DNA of 64,000 nucleotides, from positions 240,657 to 304,656 of the forward strand of contig NW_013657634.1 of the NCBI RefSeq assembly GCF_000142905.1. Reading direction: 5' to 3'. Below, piece after piece: positions 42,511 to 53,651 of the stretch. Below the pieces are notes generated by a model that saw only the letters and a list, made by a program, of their open reading frames with translations, was not told where the DNA came from and made no database searches. Made by a program: the position numbers and the translations under genes. Each line of letters starts with the position of its first letter. The stretch's first letter is position 1. The stretch comes from Thecamonas trahens ATCC 50062. Lineage: Eukaryota > Protista > Apusomonadida.

Positions 42511-45263
42511 TTAGGGCGTAAAACAGGTCTCCAGATGAAAGTGGTAGTCGACGAGCGACGTGGCCGAGACGGCAGTGGTGGCGGCGTAGACGGCCGAGGC
42601 GAGCGAGGAGTTACCAGAGAAGAAAACGCCGACAGCGGCGTTGGGCCGGGCGAGAAGGCCCGAGTCGGAGACCACATCCTCGGCGTCGAGGTAGGAAAAA
42701 GCCGGGCCATGTCGGGCCGACCGCGGATGACGGTAAAAGGGAGCGCAAGAAAGACGTCGCGGGTGACAAAGAGGCGAACGTCGAGGGTGAGATCAGGCTC
42801 GTGGATAGAGGTGTAGAACTGGGACTCGAGCACCTCGAGCACGTCCTGGAACCAACGGAACGAGTCGAGGTCGCGGCAGACCCACCAAAAGTGGAGATGC
42901 TTGAGTGGGAGAGCGAGACCGTGCTGGAGCCGGAAAATGATGTCGGAGAGGACGGCGGCGTAGGGAGTGACCCCGATGCCGGACGCGATGAGGACGGCGC
43001 GGTGGTAGGAGAGATACGGGTGCGGGTCCGAGCCAAACGGGCCCGCGACGTAGAGCCGGAGCGATGACGCCGGTGACGTCGGGTCCTCGATGCCGGACGC
43101 GGAGGACTCGGCGAGCGCGTAGACCTGACGGGTCCAAGAGTCGCGGGCGCCGACAGCCTTAAAATACACGTGCACGTGCTCCATAAGCGGCGAGGAGGCG
43201 ACCGAGAACGGATGCCACTGCAGCTTGGAAATGCTTGGTAGGTGGAGGTGGACGTAGTCGCCGAGGGCGAGGGCGCGCGTCATGCGCGCCGACTTGACAA
43301 AGGCAACATGGACGACCGATCCCGGGAGCGCGTCGAGCGCGACAATGCGGGCGTCGGCGAGCGCGTGTGGCGCCGAGATGCCGCGCGCAATGAGGTAGAG
43401 AAGATAGCCCGGTGCGATGTAGTAGAGGGTACGGAGGGTGGTGGGATGCGCGACGAGGAGGAGCGGGAGGACGAGCGCGAGCTGATGTGGGTAGTAAAAG
43501 ACCTCAAAGGCGATGCGGCGGATCTTCGGGTGTGCAAGCGGGACAATGGCGAGCATCAGAAGGAGGAGAAGGATGCCGGAGAGGCCGAGCCAGGTCGAGA
43601 AGACAATGGTGAGCGGCGAGTTGTGGGTGCGAAAGGCGGCGAGCGGGGTGCCCGGCGCAAAGGCCAGGTCGCGATCAGCCTGCGATGCAGCGGCAGTGCG
43701 AAAGGCGTTGACAACGTGAGCAGCGGTGTGGCCGAGAGCGCAGGCAAAGGTGGCCACTCCGCCGAGCCGATGGAAGAGCATCATGTGCTCCTGTGAGGGC
43801 CGGAGCCAGAGCGTGGCGGAGCGAGGCATGCGCGGCAGAAAGACTCGAACGACGGTGGTGTAGGTGGCGAGGCAGACCGGGAGAAAGAGAAACGCGACGC
43901 CGACGCGGATACCCGCGGCAAAGACCTTGGCGGCAACGAGCGAGGCACCAAGAATGCGGTGTGCTGCGTAGGAGCGGGCGATACGCGCGATGTAGACTGA
44001 CTCGAGGGTGACAGCAAGGCAGATGAGGGCAAGCCAGAGGCAAAACGCTGGGTCGAGCTTGGCATGCATGCGGGCGGTGGAAGCGGCGGCGGCGACCGAG
44101 GCCCGGAGCGATGCGAGGTGCGAGGTCGCCGGCGCCGCGCTGGATGCCGAGCCGGAGATGCCGTAAGAGGCGAGTCGGGCGAGAACGCCTGCGGGCAGGT
44201 CTGTGGCAGTGGCGAGTGAGCTCCACTGAGCCGGCTCGAGGGCGAGAACGTCGCCGACGGTGGCGAGCTCCTGGAGCGCAAACTGTGCCATCCAGAGTTT
44301 CGCGCGCTCACGGCCGACGTTGGGTGAGAGCTTGAGATCCTCGGCGACAGCGAGGAGGGCGGCCAGAAGCGGTGCGTCTGGTGAGAAGGCGACTGTCGAG
44401 TATGTGCGGTGGGTTGTGAGCCAGGATCGCCACTGGCGAGTGGTGGGTGTAGCGTGGATGTGGAGGGTGAGCTCGGTGGCATGCTCGAGCTCGCCCCAGG
44501 TAAAGGCGGAGATGAAGCGCGGCCAGTCAAGGACGATGCTGCCGACCGGACGGGTCGGCGAGGCCGGCGACGAAAACGAGATGGCGCGCGAGCGCGAGAG
44601 GCTCGGGGAGAAGGCCTCGTTGTCGGCGGCGACCGAGGAGGCGAGCCACGAGCTGTGGATCTCGGCGACGAGATCGTCGCCAGCGAGGGCAGCGCCGCCG
44701 GGAGCGGCAAGAATGAGATGCGGGATGTTGCAGAGGGTGGCGAGGGAGAGCTCAGCGCCGGCTGTGGTGGAGCCGGCTGCCATGAGGAAGACAAACATGA
44801 GGCGGAGCTTCTGTGGCGCCTCGCCAGCAAAGGCCGAGGCAAAAGCGAGAAACTCAAGGAGTGGGACGGAGGGAGCGCGGGACGAGAGGCGCTTCTTCTT
44901 GGAGGGCGGTGGCGGGCGAGCGAGAATGGCGAAGAGGAGATCGACGGTGGAGGAGGCCGCATCCCAGCCCGTCAGTCGGGCAAAGGCACGGCGGGAGAGG
45001 CGGTAGGTGAGGTTCGATGCGATGGCAAAGACGTGGGCCCAGCGCTTGATGAGCGAGTCGGGGCGGAAGACCCAGGCAGTGGCGACGCGAGTCATACCGC
45101 GGCCAAAGCGGAGGATGCGGCGACGCATGCCGGTGATAGGACAGACGCCCGTGGAGACGCCGAGCATGGCCTTTGCCGACTCGAGGGCGATGGATGCGTT
45201 CTGGAGGCTCCGCCAGTAGCTCGCAGCCGAGGCATCAAGTAGAGGCCTCTGCGCCGTGAGCAT
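42511..45263 (-). CDS. NADPH oxidase (NOX5/RBOH-like) family flavocytochrome; apparent frameshift at 42696-42700
   Basis: Bis-His helices FHRLGG..LGHTAAH and FYYPHQL..LLVAHP; FAD motif ISKLQWHPFSVAS; VAGPFG; NADPH motifs LIASGIGVTPY, FWWVCRD, GRPD. Adding one T restores the NOX-type end ..AVGVFFSG..YHFHLETCFTP* with the stop at 42511-42513. Confidence 0.85.
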
Positions 45264-46224
45264 CAGCCATAGAGGAGGCCCAGACGGAACCCAGCGTCTC
45301 TCGTATACCCTCTAGCGACTCGGTCCGTCTTGTCCGTCCTCTTCGCTCTGAAAGCTGCCCTCCTCTCGGCAGTCGGCTGCGCCGACCTGCTGATGACGAC
45401 GATGACGACCGCGCCCAAATCGAGCCGTGGTCGTTGCTTTTGTCGTTGTAGCCATCGTTGTTGCAGTCATCGCCGTTGCCTGCTGGCTGGGCCATCTGCT
45501 GCCGATTCGATACCGTCTCGCGGTGCCTCAGTCTGCGATCTGTCGATGGCTTCATCTGCTTGCTCTTGGACCGAGTCTGGTCGCTGGCATGCGCACTCGT
45601 CACCTGTGACCTCCCTCCGTTTGCTGCCGGTTGTGTATGCAGAGATTCAGTGCTCCAGCTCGAGGTCGACGAAGCCATCACGGCTCGAGTAGAGGGGTGT
45701 CCGAGTTGGGTGCGACGGGCTACACCTGTCGAGTCGCCAGGACTGGCGGCGTGCGGATGGCGCCTTGGCAGCTCCGACTGTGTCGACACAGTTGGCTCGT
45801 GAGGAGCAGGAGCTCATCCATCCCGCCCGTTGATGACGATCCATGATGACGATCATGATGGGTGTCTTCTTGGCGGCCAATTCCTACCTTGATCGCATGC
45901 GTACGCAAGCATGTGGGTCATCCGTGCCAAGCGGCAGCTGCACGGATGTGCTGGCATAGAGGCTGATGAGACCGTCGAGCCAGCGGATCGACCACTTGGC
46001 CGGCAACCAATGGTGTGGCCAGATCAGCTGGTAAACATCGCTGCTCACTCGGGTGCTCATGTGTCAGCACAGAGTCACCTCATCGCTTGCGAGAGGTCAT
46101 GCCCGACTGCCGAGTGCCGAGTGCGCGGGCAGAGTTTGGTCAGCAGCCGGCCGCTTCCCGAGCCGGAGCCACATACACGCACACCCTTGACACTTGACGC
46201 AGGCGGGTACACACTTGACGAGAT

Positions 46225-48821
46225 ATGTCTGCAAGAGGTAGTGGAAGCTCTGCATCGGCGTCTGGGTGGTGCCTGCCGACGGCGGCAGGCTCTGGTTGGG
46301 CCTTCTGGAAGGAGGTCAAGGCCGACAAGCACAGGCTGTTCACCATGCAGAAGCACAAGAGCCATGGCAAGTCGAGGTTCTCGGCTTTGGCGTCATCGGT
46401 TACCGTATGTGAGTGTGTGTATGGGGGAGGAGTGGGAGGAGTGGGAGGGGGGGGGAGGGGGGGGGGGGGGGGGGGGTGGACTCATGAGTGGTGATGGTGA
46501 TGTCGATGGTGATCGGGGTGGTGATGATGATGCTGGTCGGGGTGGTGATGGTGATGATGGTTGTGCGGGCTATGGCCATGGTGGTTATGCGGGTTGTGTG
46601 GGTCGTGGTCATCTGGGTCAAACAGAAAACGGTGCGCGGCATGGTGAACAAAGAGGATCACAAGCCGTTCCGCATTCTGATGGACGCAGCGGGTCCGGCG
46701 CCCAAGGTTGTGGGCACGTTTGAGGACAAAGTCGCTGCAGAGTCGGCGTGGAAGTTCCTGACTGGCGTCATGCTCCCGCTTGTGGATGCCGAGTTTGGCA
46801 CGGACTTTGACCGCGCCGCCGTTCTTGCCTACCTCGGCATCGAGTTCTCGGACGGGCTCGACGAGGACCAGTACATGGAGCTGGCCCGGGTGCGAAACGG
46901 ATCGGCCGGTGCTGTCGCCGAGTACGAGGCCCGTCTAGCGGCCGAGCAGGCAGAGGCCCTACGTGCGGCCGAGGCAGACGGCTCCAAGATCATCATGCTC
47001 TCGGTGACCGAGGCCACTGCCCAGGGCCAGATTCTTATGCACGGCGGCGCGGTGCTGGACGCTGCGCTGGCCAAGGTTCGTGACGAGGCCGGCCCATCGG
47101 CGGAGCCTCAAACACCCTCTGGCGGCGACAACGCGGATGGCGCTGATGCTGTGGATAGCACCGATGCGGCCGGAGCTGAATCGGGCGCGTCGTCGGACGC
47201 GTTTGCGGACGACTCGGACTCGGACGGCGATGAAGCGGGGAGCAGCGCGGCACCCGTACAGCCTGTGCCGGAGCAGGAGTCTGTGCCGGACGAGGTCAAA
47301 GTCGATGCGCCTACCAACGATGATGAGGGCGAGGCCGTGGAAACGACCACAGCCGCAGAGCCAGTGCCGCTCTCACCCGAGGTATGCCACGCCATTGTAA
47401 CGCTGGTCATCCTGCACACGCCGCTGGTTGTGATGGACGCCAACGATCTCCAACCGCGGCTGTGCGAGCGGTTCTCGCTCCCGGAAGCCTCACTCGCAGC
47501 CATTGTCAAGACCGCCGGCGAGGGCGAGGATTATCGGCAGCCGCAGATCCAGGTGGCGCTGGAGACGCTGCTGCGCGAGAACGTGGACCGGGCTGCGCTC
47601 CTCCGCGAGGTCCTTGTCCTCGCTCTGGCTTCGTCCAAGTACGACGCACGGATGCGGCAGTCGCTGCGGCTGATGGCGCGGTCGGCCGGAGTCGACTGGA
47701 TGGCGTTTGTCAAGGCCGAGGATGAGCTGGCGACGATGCTGCGGACGATGCTGACGGCCGAAGTCGACGAGACGGTCAAGGCCAAGTCGGCGTCGTCGGG
47801 TCGGGCATGGAAGATGGGCGGGGCGGCGCTGCTCGGCGGAGCGGCACTGTTTGTGACCGGCGGCCTTGCGGCGCCGCTGGTGGCGACCGCGGTCGGGACC
47901 GGGATGGTGCTCGGCGGGGCGGCGGCGACGACAACAACAACGGTCATGGTTGGCGCGTATCTCATCACGCCGACGGTGCTTGGCACGGCCGGCGCCGGGC
48001 TGTCCTACTACAAGATGGACAAGCGGACGGCTGGGCTCGACGAGTTTGGCTTTGTCTCGGCCCGTGGCGAGGGGGTGAGCGCCGGCGAGGGCATGCACGT
48101 CACGATCTCGGTCTCGGGCTGGCTTGAGGCCGAGGAAGAGGCCGGCAGTGAGTGGTCCAACGTATACACGGCGGCGCCGCACGGCGAGTCGTACGTGCTC
48201 CGGTGGGAGTCGGACCATCTGCGGACGCTTGGTGAGGCGTACCGCTCGTTCATTCGCGAGTCGGCCAAGTCAATGGTGGTGGGCGAGATCCTCAAGCGGA
48301 CCATTCTCGGCGCAGCGTCGTTCCCGCTCCAAGTCCTCGGCTTTGCCAACATCATCGACAACCCGTGGTCGATGGTCATGGATCGGGCGCGCAAGGCCGG
48401 CAACCTTCTCGCGCACGTCCTCACCGACGCGCATCACGGGGCGCGGCCGGTGACACTTGTTGGCTACTCGGCCGGCGCACTTGTCATCTTCCACGCGCTG
48501 CGGGCGCTCGCGGATGCCGGCGTCGTCGACGTCGTCGACAACGTCGTTCTCGTCGGCGCGCCCATCCACGAGTCGTCAAGCGAGTGGGCGCGGGTCCGCG
48601 CGGTGGTCGGCGGCAACTTTGTCAACGCGTACCAGACCAGCGACTGGATCCTCGGCATCCTCTCGCGGGTCTCCCATTCGACCAAGCCCGCTGCCGGGCT
48701 CTCGCCCATCTACGTTCCTGGCATCATCAACGTCAACCTCGATGGGCTTGTCCAGGGCCACATGGACTACAAGACCGCGTTGCAGGACATCATGCTCATT
48801 CTGTTCCCGTGGCTTGTGTAA
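46225..48821 (+). CDS. TMCO4: TMCO4/Mil1-like DUF726 alpha/beta-hydrolase-fold protein (intron 46405-46625)
   Basis: KYDARMRQSL, WKMGGAALLGGAALFVTGGLAAP, VSGWL, LRWESDHL, IIDNPWSMVMDRARKAGNLLA, GARPVTLVGYSAGA (GxSxG), DWILGIL, GHMDY. The GTATGT..AACAG intron is phase 0. Confidence 0.85.
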
Positions 48822-48946
48822 ACCTTGTTCCTGCGGGCCGAGCCCGATCACCGACCCAGCTGGCGGTCAACACAATCCCTAGCCACTTGACAGAGTGAGT
48901 ACACACATTGATTGTATCATCATACTTTTATCTCCATCATCCCGAT

Positions 48947-49007
48947 GGCAGCTGGTAGCTGGCAGCTGGTAGCTGGCAGCAAGTAGTTGGTAGCTGGCAG
49001 CTGGTAG
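48947..49007 (+). repeat. Heptamer-based repeat (GGYAGCT)n
   Basis: ggcagctggtagct repeated with variants. Confidence 0.75.
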
Positions 49008-49139
49008 CCCGCAGCAGCCCCAGCAGCGGCAGCCGGCGGCCGGCAGAGCCAACCGGCAGCCGTTCCCCAACGACCTCACCGCCCGACCCCACCACTCTCA
49101 CAGCCCAGGGACCCACCCCGCCACACCCACGCACACCCA

Positions 49140-49171
<32 letters not shown>

Positions 49172-49282
49172 GGGAGTGAGCATATCCCCCTGTGTGGAGG
49201 AAGCAGTTGTAGTTGCAGACTCTGTGGCCACGGGGGCCGCATTCGTAGCACCACCACCACAGGGCAGAGGGGGGAGCAAGTC

Positions 49283-52200
49283 ATGGACAGGAGCCGAGAC
49301 AGGGAGGGGGGGAGCAAAGGGGAGGGGGGTACCATGTCCATGAACAAAGACGGGATGGGCATGGGCATGGGCGTGGAGGCGGACATGGACATGGCCACGG
49401 AGGCGGGCGTGGACGTGGGCGCGGACATAGGCTTGGACACGGGCATCGTAACGGGCACGGAGGCTGGCATTGTCAGGGGCGCAGACACGGGCATGGATGT
49501 GGCTCTCACGCCGCCGACTGTGGACCACGTCCAGGCAACAGGTCGGGCCCTGGTCGATGTGGTTAAGCAACAGGCAGAGGAGATCAAGGTGCTCAAGGCT
49601 CAACTGGATGGTGCCAACCGGCAGCTAGTGTTGGCGGAGGAGGAGAAAGGCGCTGTCAAGCAGCTGCTCGTCAAGACGGAAGTCAACTTGGCCAACCAGG
49701 TCGCGGCCAGAAAGACGCTGGCCAAAAGAGTTGTCGCCGTCTTGGATGCTCTCCGGACTGGCGTTCTTGATCTGGCACATGTCACCGCGGCGCTGATGGA
49801 TGGTTGCTCTCCTGAGACTGATGAGACTGTGTCGGGGGAAGACATTGTCGAGCCCGTTGCCGAGAATCGGCCGCAGATGCGTAAGTGGCGGCAGGGCACG
49901 TCAGGATTCAAGACCTCGCCGGCACTGGAGAAGCTCAAGGCACGTCAAGAAGCGATGCGTAAGCAGCGCGCGGCGGCGGCAGCAGCCGCTGACGCCGACG
50001 CCGACGCCGACGATGGCGACGGCGATGGCGATAGCTCCGACTCTTATGGTTCGGTTGTCGAGCACGACGATGAGCCTGCAGCCGAGGTCAAGACCGAGGC
50101 TCGGCCACAGATGCGCAAGTGGCGGCAGGGCACGTCAGGATTCAAGACCTCGCCGGCACTGGAGAAGCTCAAGGCACGTCAAGAAGCGATGCGTAAGCAA
50201 CGCGCGGCGGCGGCTGCTGCCGCCGCCGACGCCGACGCCGACGCCGACGATGGCGACGGCGATGGCGATAGCTCCGACTCTTATGGTTCGGTTGTCGAGC
50301 ACGACGATGAGCCTGCAGCCGAGGTCAAGGCCGAAGCTCGGCCACAGATGCGCAAGTGGCGGCAGGGCACGTCAGGATTCAAGACCTCGCCGGCACTGGA
50401 GAAGCTCAAGGCACGTCAAGAAGCGATGCGTAAGCAACGCGCGGCGGCGGCTGCTGCCGCCGCCGACGCCGACGCCGACGCCGACGATGGCGACGGCGAT
50501 GGCGATAGCTCCGACTCTTATGGTTCGGTTGTCGAGCACGACGATGAGCCTGCAGTCGAGGTCAAGGCCGAAGCTCGGCCACAGATGCGCAAGTGGCGGC
50601 AGGGCACGTCAGGATTCAAGACCTCGCCGGCACTGGAGAAGCTCAAGGCACGTCAAGAAGCGATGCGTAAGCAACGCGCGGCGGCGGCTGCCGCCGCTGA
50701 CGCCGACGCCGACGCCGACGATGGCGACGGCGATGGCGATAGCTCCGACTCTTATGGTTCGGTTGTCGAGCACGACGACGGCTCCGAGTCAGCCGACTCG
50801 GTTGTCGAGCACGACGACAAGCCTGTTGGCGAGACCCGCTCATGGCGTGCAGGCTTCAACACGTCGCCAGCACTCGAGCGGCTGACCGAGACACGGAGCG
50901 CCGCTGCGGGCAGAGTACACCCTGCGGCCAACGCCGGAGGCACTGACGATGCTGCAAAGCCGGTCGAGCGCCCGCAGATGCGCAAGTGGCGCCAAGGCAC
51001 CACAGGATTCAAGACCTCGCCGGCGCTAGGGAAGCTCAAGGCGCGGCAGGAGGCTATGCGCAAGCAGCGCGCAGCTGCGGCTGTGGCTGCGACTACGGCT
51101 GCTGTCGCTGACGCGGACGCTAGTGATGACTCGGACTCGTGTGGCTCGGTTGTCGAGCGCAGCTCCGAGGGCTCGAGCTCGGCGGGCTCGATGGTGGACA
51201 ACGGCTCGCCAGCGCCGCGCGAGATCCTCGGTCTTCCAGCCGAGTCCCCGCCGAACCGCCGCGCCGGGCGGCCCGAGTCGCTGCGCGACCGACGCCTGCG
51301 GCTGCGCAACACCCGGCGGGCGACGTCGTCGGACCACACCATGGACGCGGCCATGCGCGCCGCCATGCTCCGCGCCGGCCGCACCATGTCGGCGTCGGCC
51401 GCCGAAGAGCGGTTCGAGGAGCAGCAGAGCCAGTCCGAGCTCGAGGCTGCAGCCAACGCTGCGCACAATGAGGCGAACTCGACAACGCTCTACGACAGCA
51501 GCAGCGACGGTGATGACGATGTCATCGTCGTCAATGCAGCTACGAGTGGCATCGCCAGAGGCCACTCCTGGCTCGACGTCGAGCGCCCGCGCGGCGAGGC
51601 CATCGACTTTGAGCACAAGCCCAATGCCCGCGGCCTTAACGTCTCGTTCTCGTCGAACCTCTCCCACATCTTCGGCGAGACGTCATCCGACGACGACGAC
51701 GATGTACCCGACGCCAGCGCCACCACTGCCGAGCTCTTGCGGCAGCTGGTCGAGGCTCGCAAGGAAAACATTGATCTCGCGCGAACGGTCTCTGAGCTCA
51801 CGCTCGAGGTGAGCCGGCTGACGCAGTCACTCACCGCAGCCTCGGCGGCGAAAGCGTCATTGGCTGCGGGCGCGGGCCTCATAGTTGCAGGCGTGCAGAC
51901 CGAGCCGCGGATTGTGGACAACGTGGCGGTGCAGACGCTCCCGCCTGACGTCGCCCATGTGAGTGTGCAGACCGAGGTGGAACGCGACGGCGGGCCGGTG
52001 AGTGCGGCTGGAGCCAGCAACGTCAAGCTCGACGAGCTCTCGTCGCAGTTGCATCTGGCGCAAGCGCAGAACGAGGAGCTGATGCGGATGCTGCGGTCGC
52101 CGTCGCTCTCGCTCTCGCCGATGCCGCGGTCCCCGTCGGCAGCGTCGCCTCTGACGCCTGTGACGGCGCGGGCGCGGTCCTCGTTCTCGCGCTCGCCGTC

Positions 52201-52327
52201 GCTCACGGGATCATCGCCGGTCCCGCTCGACTCGCCGGCGCGGGCACGGGCGCGGGCAGCGTTTGAGCGGCGGCTGGCGCGGACAGCGCGGTACGTCCAC
52301 CAGCAGGAACTCCGACCTCTATCGTAA
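49283..52327 (+). CDS. Uncharacterised coiled-coil/disordered protein with ~79-aa tandem repeats and three VQT motifs
   Basis: 1014-aa intronless ORF with biased codons, heptad coiled coils at both ends and repeats RPQMRKWRQGTSGFKTSPALEKLKARQEAMRKQR. The start codon is uncertain. Confidence 0.75.
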   Translation: MDRSRDREGGSKGEGGTMSMNKDGMGMGMGVEADMDMATEAGVDVGADIGLDTGIVTGTEAGIVRGADTGMDVALTPPTVDHVQATGRALVDVVKQQAEEIKVLKAQLDGANRQLVLAEEEKGAVKQLLVKTEVNLANQVAARKTLAKRVVAVLDALRTGVLDLAHVTAALMDGCSPETDETVSGEDIVEPVAENRPQMRKWRQGTSGFKTSPALEKLKARQEAMRKQRAAAAAAADADADADDGDGDGDSSDSYGSVVEHDDEPAAEVKTEARPQMRKWRQGTSGFKTSPALEKLKARQEAMRKQRAAAAAAAADADADADDGDGDGDSSDSYGSVVEHDDEPAAEVKAEARPQMRKWRQGTSGFKTSPALEKLKARQEAMRKQRAAAAAAAADADADADDGDGDGDSSDSYGSVVEHDDEPAVEVKAEARPQMRKWRQGTSGFKTSPALEKLKARQEAMRKQRAAAAAAADADADADDGDGDGDSSDSYGSVVEHDDGSESADSVVEHDDKPVGETRSWRAGFNTSPALERLTETRSAAAGRVHPAANAGGTDDAAKPVERPQMRKWRQGTTGFKTSPALGKLKARQEAMRKQRAAAAVAATTAAVADADASDDSDSCGSVVERSSEGSSSAGSMVDNGSPAPREILGLPAESPPNRRAGRPESLRDRRLRLRNTRRATSSDHTMDAAMRAAMLRAGRTMSASAAEERFEEQQSQSELEAAANAAHNEANSTTLYDSSSDGDDDVIVVNAATSGIARGHSWLDVERPRGEAIDFEHKPNARGLNVSFSSNLSHIFGETSSDDDDDVPDASATTAELLRQLVEARKENIDLARTVSELTLEVSRLTQSLTAASAAKASLAAGAGLIVAGVQTEPRIVDNVAVQTLPPDVAHVSVQTEVERDGGPVSAAGASNVKLDELSSQLHLAQAQNEELMRMLRSPSLSLSPMPRSPSAASPLTPVTARARSSFSRSPSLTGSSPVPLDSPARARARAAFERRLARTARYVHQQELRPLS
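49868..50778 (+). repeat. ~234-237-bp near-identical coding tandem repeat x4 (two more degenerate copies to ~51160)
   Basis: Units begin at about 49868, 50102, 50339 and 50576 and differ at only a few bases and in poly-Ala length. Confidence 0.95.
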
Positions 52328-52376
52328 ACACGTGCACTGCAGCGTCGTGTGTGAGCGGGTGGATGTGAAGTGGTAT

Positions 52377-53651
52377 TTACTCGGAAGCAGCAGGCGCCTC
52401 GGCAGTGGCCGCAGCCTCGCCATCAAGCGTCTTCTGCTTCTTGGCGGGCGCCGCGCCGTCGTCGCCGGCTGCGGCGTCGTCCTCGGCCTTGCGCTTGGGG
52501 GCAGCGTGCTGGATGCCCTTGGCGCCCATGCGCGAGATGCGGCCGCGGACGCGGGCCTCGACAACGCCGTGCCAGTACTTGGTCTCGGCCTCGCCGTCGA
52601 CAACAGCAACAGCAAAGACCTTGTCGGCCAGGGTGCGCTTGGTATCGTCGGTGGAGAGGTCGGCGACGGCGGCGGCGGCGACAGGGGCGGCGAAGCGGAT
52701 GTAGCCCTCGGTCTGGCCGCGCGAAAAGTCGACGCGCTGGACGTCGCCATAGGCGCGGAAGATGGGGAGCATGTCTTCGCGGGAGATGCCCTCAGAGGCC
52801 AGCTCGGTCACGTGAACAACACAGCCGGGGATGACGTCAAAGGCGGCGATCTCAGCGGCAACCTCGGCAGCGATGGCCTCCTCGGTCGGCGGCGCAGCGG
52901 CAGCCTTGGATGCGTTGCGGCGCTCGATCTTCTTGGCGCGGGCACGGGTGAGGTAGTCGAGCTTCATCTCCATGGCCAGCGGCTCCAGCTCGGGCGCAGC
53001 GCGGATCTCCTTGGCAATGATGGCCTTGGCCTCGTCGACGGTGGCAAACTCGACAAAGGCCGAGCCCTTGAACAGATGGGTCTGCGGGGTGCGGCGGAGG
53101 CGGACGGAGAGCACCTTGCCGTGCTCAGCAAAGAGCTCGGTGATCGACTCGATGGTCGTCACCTCACCATCACGAACAAAGCCCTTGGCGTAAATCGACC
53201 GCTCATCGATGTCGAGCTTGGCCGGCAGCGGCTGAGCCCGACGGACGTTCTTGCCGTCGTCCGAGACAACCAGGGCGTCCGACTCGCCCAGAGCCGCCGC
53301 CAGGGCCTCGTTGTCGAGTCCCATCTGCTGCACACGCTTGAACTTGGCGAGCTCCTCAAGAGGAACAACTACATATGGATGTGGATGCAAGTGAGTGGGT
53401 GTGGTCAATGACCTTGGTGGGGGGAGGGGAGGGCGGAGGAGGGCAGTTTGCGGAGATGATGGCCATCTCGGCTCATCCCAGACGGCAAGGGCCAGGGCAT
53501 GGGTGGGATGAGGGGCAGGGCAGTGCGTACAGCCGTCAGAGTTCTGGGCAGTGAGGTTAAGGAGGTACTTGTCACGCGGGAGGTTCGAGTCGGAAAAGTA
53601 GAACTCGATCTGCTTGCGGGCGCGGGCTGCGGCGGAAGTCGTGTCAGCCAT
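52377..53651 (-). CDS. SSB: La protein (genuine La/SSB, LARP3; intron 53369-53530)
   Basis: La motif RKQIEFYFSDSNLPRDKYL..DG|FVPLEELAKFKRV; RRM1 RSIYAKGF..FKGSAFVEF; RRM2 VDFSRGQTEGYIRF..EAETKYW; bipartite NLS KRK..PAKKQK. Confidence 0.92.
   Translation of the reverse strand: MADTTSAAARARKQIEFYFSDSNLPRDKYLLNLTAQNSDGCTHCPAPHPTHALALAVWDEPRWPSSPQTALLRPPLPPPRSLTTPTHLHPHPYVVVPLEELAKFKRVQQMGLDNEALAAALGESDALVVSDDGKNVRRAQPLPAKLDIDERSIYAKGFVRDGEVTTIESITELFAEHGKVLSVRLRRTPQTHLFKGSAFVEFATVDEAKAIIAKEIRAAPELEPLAMEMKLDYLTRARAKKIERRNASKAAAAPPTEEAIAAEVAAEIAAFDVIPGCVVHVTELASEGISREDMLPIFRAYGDVQRVDFSRGQTEGYIRFAAPVAAAAVADLSTDDTKRTLADKVFAVAVVDGEAETKYWHGVVEARVRGRISRMGAKGIQHAAPKRKAEDDAAAGDDGAAPAKKQKTLDGEAAATAEAPAASE

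Noticed and set aside
19357-53651. A vault gene cluster of MVP, a PARP-domain protein and La
   Set aside because: The PARP lacks the BRCT/VIT/vWA domains of vault PARP4, the genes are 8-21 kb apart with unrelated genes between, and no vault RNA was identifiable.
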